NCBI GenBank assembly: GCA_964019335.1
Contig: OZ025649.1
Location: forward strand, 124,001-188,000
Length of the DNA stretch: 64,000 bases
Direction of reading: 5' to 3'
From: Diplonema japonicum
Taxonomy: Eukaryota; Protista; Euglenozoa: Diplonemea
Positions 63,401-64,000 of the stretch are shown in pieces. The stretch's first letter is position 1; every line of letters starts with the position of its first letter. Both the position numbers and the translations under genes were made by a program. The notes below the pieces were generated by a model. It made no database searches. It worked only from the letters and a program-made list of their open reading frames with translations, and was not told the origin of the DNA.

Positions 63401-64000
63401 GAGAGGACCGTGCGAGCGTACATCACTCTGCTCAAGCAGTTCGGCAAGCAATGCGACCATAGGGGTGTCACCATCGAGCCTGTCACAAAGGGGCCTGTCG
63501 AGCTTGACGGTGGAATGCAGCCGCAGCTCCTCAACGTCGTTGTGAAGGAGGACCCCAAAGCGAAGAAAAAGCCTGAGAAGAAACCAGACAAGAAAGGCGG
63601 CGTGGAGGAACCGACGCCCGTGGTGAACAAAGAACTTTCGCTTGGCACCATCATTGGCAGGCTCCTTCCCAGGCTGTCCGACGAGTCTGTGAAGTCTAAG
63701 TACGATGCACTGGAAGGCATCAGCTTCTGCATCAAGCTGCACATGATGATCTCAGGGCACGATGCGTCAAAGGCGCTGGAAACCATCAAGAACCTGAACG
63801 GAAAACTCGACTACAAAACAGAAGCAGACGTGGTGTTGGTGATGAAGGAGGTGACTGCAGCACTAGCTTCCTTCCTTGCTGGCAGCAGGGAGCTCCCCAA
63901 CCTGATCGAAGAACTCGTGGTGCATGGCCTGCTGGACCCTGTTGAGGACTCCTCTGTCGCTGTTTGCGCTATCCTCTCGGGGTTGATCAAGGCACTGGGT
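60476..64000 (+). CDS. MROH1: Maestro HEAT-like repeat protein (MROH1/HEATR7A/SGR6 family), runs off window end
   Basis: Absent from the ORF track, apparently because it has no stop in the window. LPHYFIMMALSNAA..PIRFIPHM..VLPILGMAKQDNVRF..GLASFAEA matches the MROH1 N-terminus. Confidence 0.8.
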   Translation, partial: MSTSFQNAFSKGVTALVESAKDSNEEVRSHISSSLLSMAQKDFGAVLSVISKFLTEHKSGQTPTHQRITLLKAIRKIILEYDEQVGDKLMSDLVTCCVADMTAQMDINSVWQQTACQVVVDLMCINPKVCTPYVIQQVPGTSLPHYFIMMALSNAANQRPIRFIPHMRDCMAKVLPILGMAKQDNVRFMMANGLASFAEAVHQLDSLPELSPRSKDAAKNKVEDFSEGMYTALSLLVNDWSSAKELKVRTATAMAMGKLSYVVQNERLEERIPQLVKLLVVAVKKEKPKDLLQSLKGMTFFIEAGMNKLPSVMLPHLESIWGAVFQQIVTFNGQSTTEQTECLKNHQELMLSVEAMAQGACNTVLTFIQGVLDVKFGSKDVITRCAALGVIRHLVQRQHLDPHLAGLKNNVIAIVRTCIDDTDLRMKKTIIQTVMAMGAAASNNYLACEGAEVLVQYLIIHAATPPHVVHEYGIKNKKLVDMGQPTPHDLKELAASVLSLFHSTLGNLDVVLWPYILEVIGMMPGKPELFYAFPLIANIICSVSKRLGNSHDFYFDFDRTVNVPRPESLIACFAVMMSQPQHLGLEVTATIVRAMEAVAPLLDEPMKKGSDGTQPIGSLWLGILPEIRAYLESGEFKQDDYEDACHNLLKKTSTARKEEAWVQALCTSLGTQLPLYTPASVPADFVKERHDFKRVALSMFGLVLAKANLKTFVTDNVNLIVEVTDHTNEAQRVGCAKALGSISALHTDVVLDKVNKVAKPPKTGGGGFFSKKVETGPDRDFGELSRATALLAYGHISKKANQSLFTSRLETHVVPTYLEMVGLAKNPIVKLAALSCQNMMGTSLRKCFEFSFTSKTNVMTAVYGQMLVEPSMYGMNDLTAYNLLSGGYAALIPLTYLDPVCDEDSLTQLKQCIAAGISKEWVLKENETVNEPGLQKQLGLLGCAILESAKDIVQSLIKQGDHLSTFLTDANPVKRERTVRAYITLLKQFGKQCDHRGVTIEPVTKGPVELDGGMQPQLLNVVVKEDPKAKKKPEKKPDKKGGVEEPTPVVNKELSLGTIIGRLLPRLSDESVKSKYDALEGISFCIKLHMMISGHDASKALETIKNLNGKLDYKTEADVVLVMKEVTAALASFLAGSRELPNLIEELVVHGLLDPVEDSSVAVCAILSGLIKALG

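Overview
Eukaryotic nuclear DNA, most likely from a diplonemid (Euglenozoa). The evidence is a near-complete euglenozoan spliced-leader (SL) exon, tiny 32-61 nt GT-AG introns, and about 21 host protein genes plus 2 tRNAs all on the + strand with short spacers, as in a polycistronic directional cluster. Recognisable host products include a NEK kinase bracketed by tRNA-Asp and tRNA-Gln, BART/ARL2BP, MIB/HERC2, EF-hand/WD40, VIT-vWA, OTU, glucosidase II alpha, prohibitin 2, an FAD monooxygenase, GH18, Clu, PX and MROH1, plus an apparently dead kinesin with a C2-like tail. The most notable feature is an intact ~6.3 kb APE-type non-LTR retrotransposon (26557-~32884). It begins exactly with 38 of the 39 nt of the SL exon, followed by a GT, an antisense-to-SL segment in a structured 5' UTR, ORF1, a 2A-like peptide, and APE-RT-CCHC ORF2. 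A decayed RT relic and a TIR-bounded pogo-like transposon remnant are also present. All calls are by eye; no searches or folding computations were run.
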